From: Pedosphaera sp.
GTDB lineage: Bacteria; Verrucomicrobiota; Verrucomicrobiia; Limisphaerales; SIBH01
DNA: 17,060 nt
Direction of reading: 5' to 3'
Assembly (NCBI GenBank): GCA_031414955.1
Contig: JANOQV010000125.1
Span: forward strand, 1 to 17,060
Shown here: positions 16,949 to 17,060 of the stretch, one piece after another
Layout of the letters: each line of letters starts with the position of its first letter
Numbering within the stretch: the first letter of the stretch is position 1
Notes under the pieces: model-generated
Databases searched by the model: none
The model's input: only the letters and a program-made list of their open reading frames with translations
Told to the model about the DNA's origin: nothing
Position numbers and translations under genes: made by a program

Positions 16949-17058
16949 CGGAGTGCGTCCGTCCTCGGGCGCAGCAACGTGCGAACCTCAGCGGGTCTGG
17001 GTTTTCCCGACGCGCTCCACGTCATCACGCTGCTGCGCCCGAGGACGGGCGCACTCCG
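16949..17058. repeat. REPIN-like element (family A variant)
   Basis: 28-bp inverted arms CGGAGTGCG(T/C)CCGTCCTCGGGCGCAGCA (1 mismatch), 54-bp spacer, internal hairpin GCGCCCG-TCCT-CGGGCGC. Confidence 0.88.
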
Positions 17059-17060
17059 CC

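Overview
GC-rich bacterial window whose protein style suggests Verrucomicrobiota (Pedosphaerales/Limisphaerales-like; inferred, not database-confirmed). It holds five genes. (1) A >1350-aa exported protein on the minus strand, missed by the ORF track because it runs off the left edge (beta-helix-like region, TSP3-like Ca motif, Ig-like repeats). (2,3) A compact pair lacking signal peptides: a helical-domain+FN3 protein and an orphan phage-tail-collar fibre protein, preceded by a sigma54-like promoter and a degenerate 21-bp tandem array. (4) A ~2030-aa CotH-kinase/lamin-tail/Ig surface protein. (5) A ~1240-aa FG-GAP/ASPIC-UnbV protein. The intergenic DNA is dense with several REP/REPIN-like hairpin families and heptamer repeats. 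One REPIN copy and one heptamer tract lie in-frame inside coding genes. No rRNA, tRNA, CRISPR, transposase or reverse transcriptase was seen.
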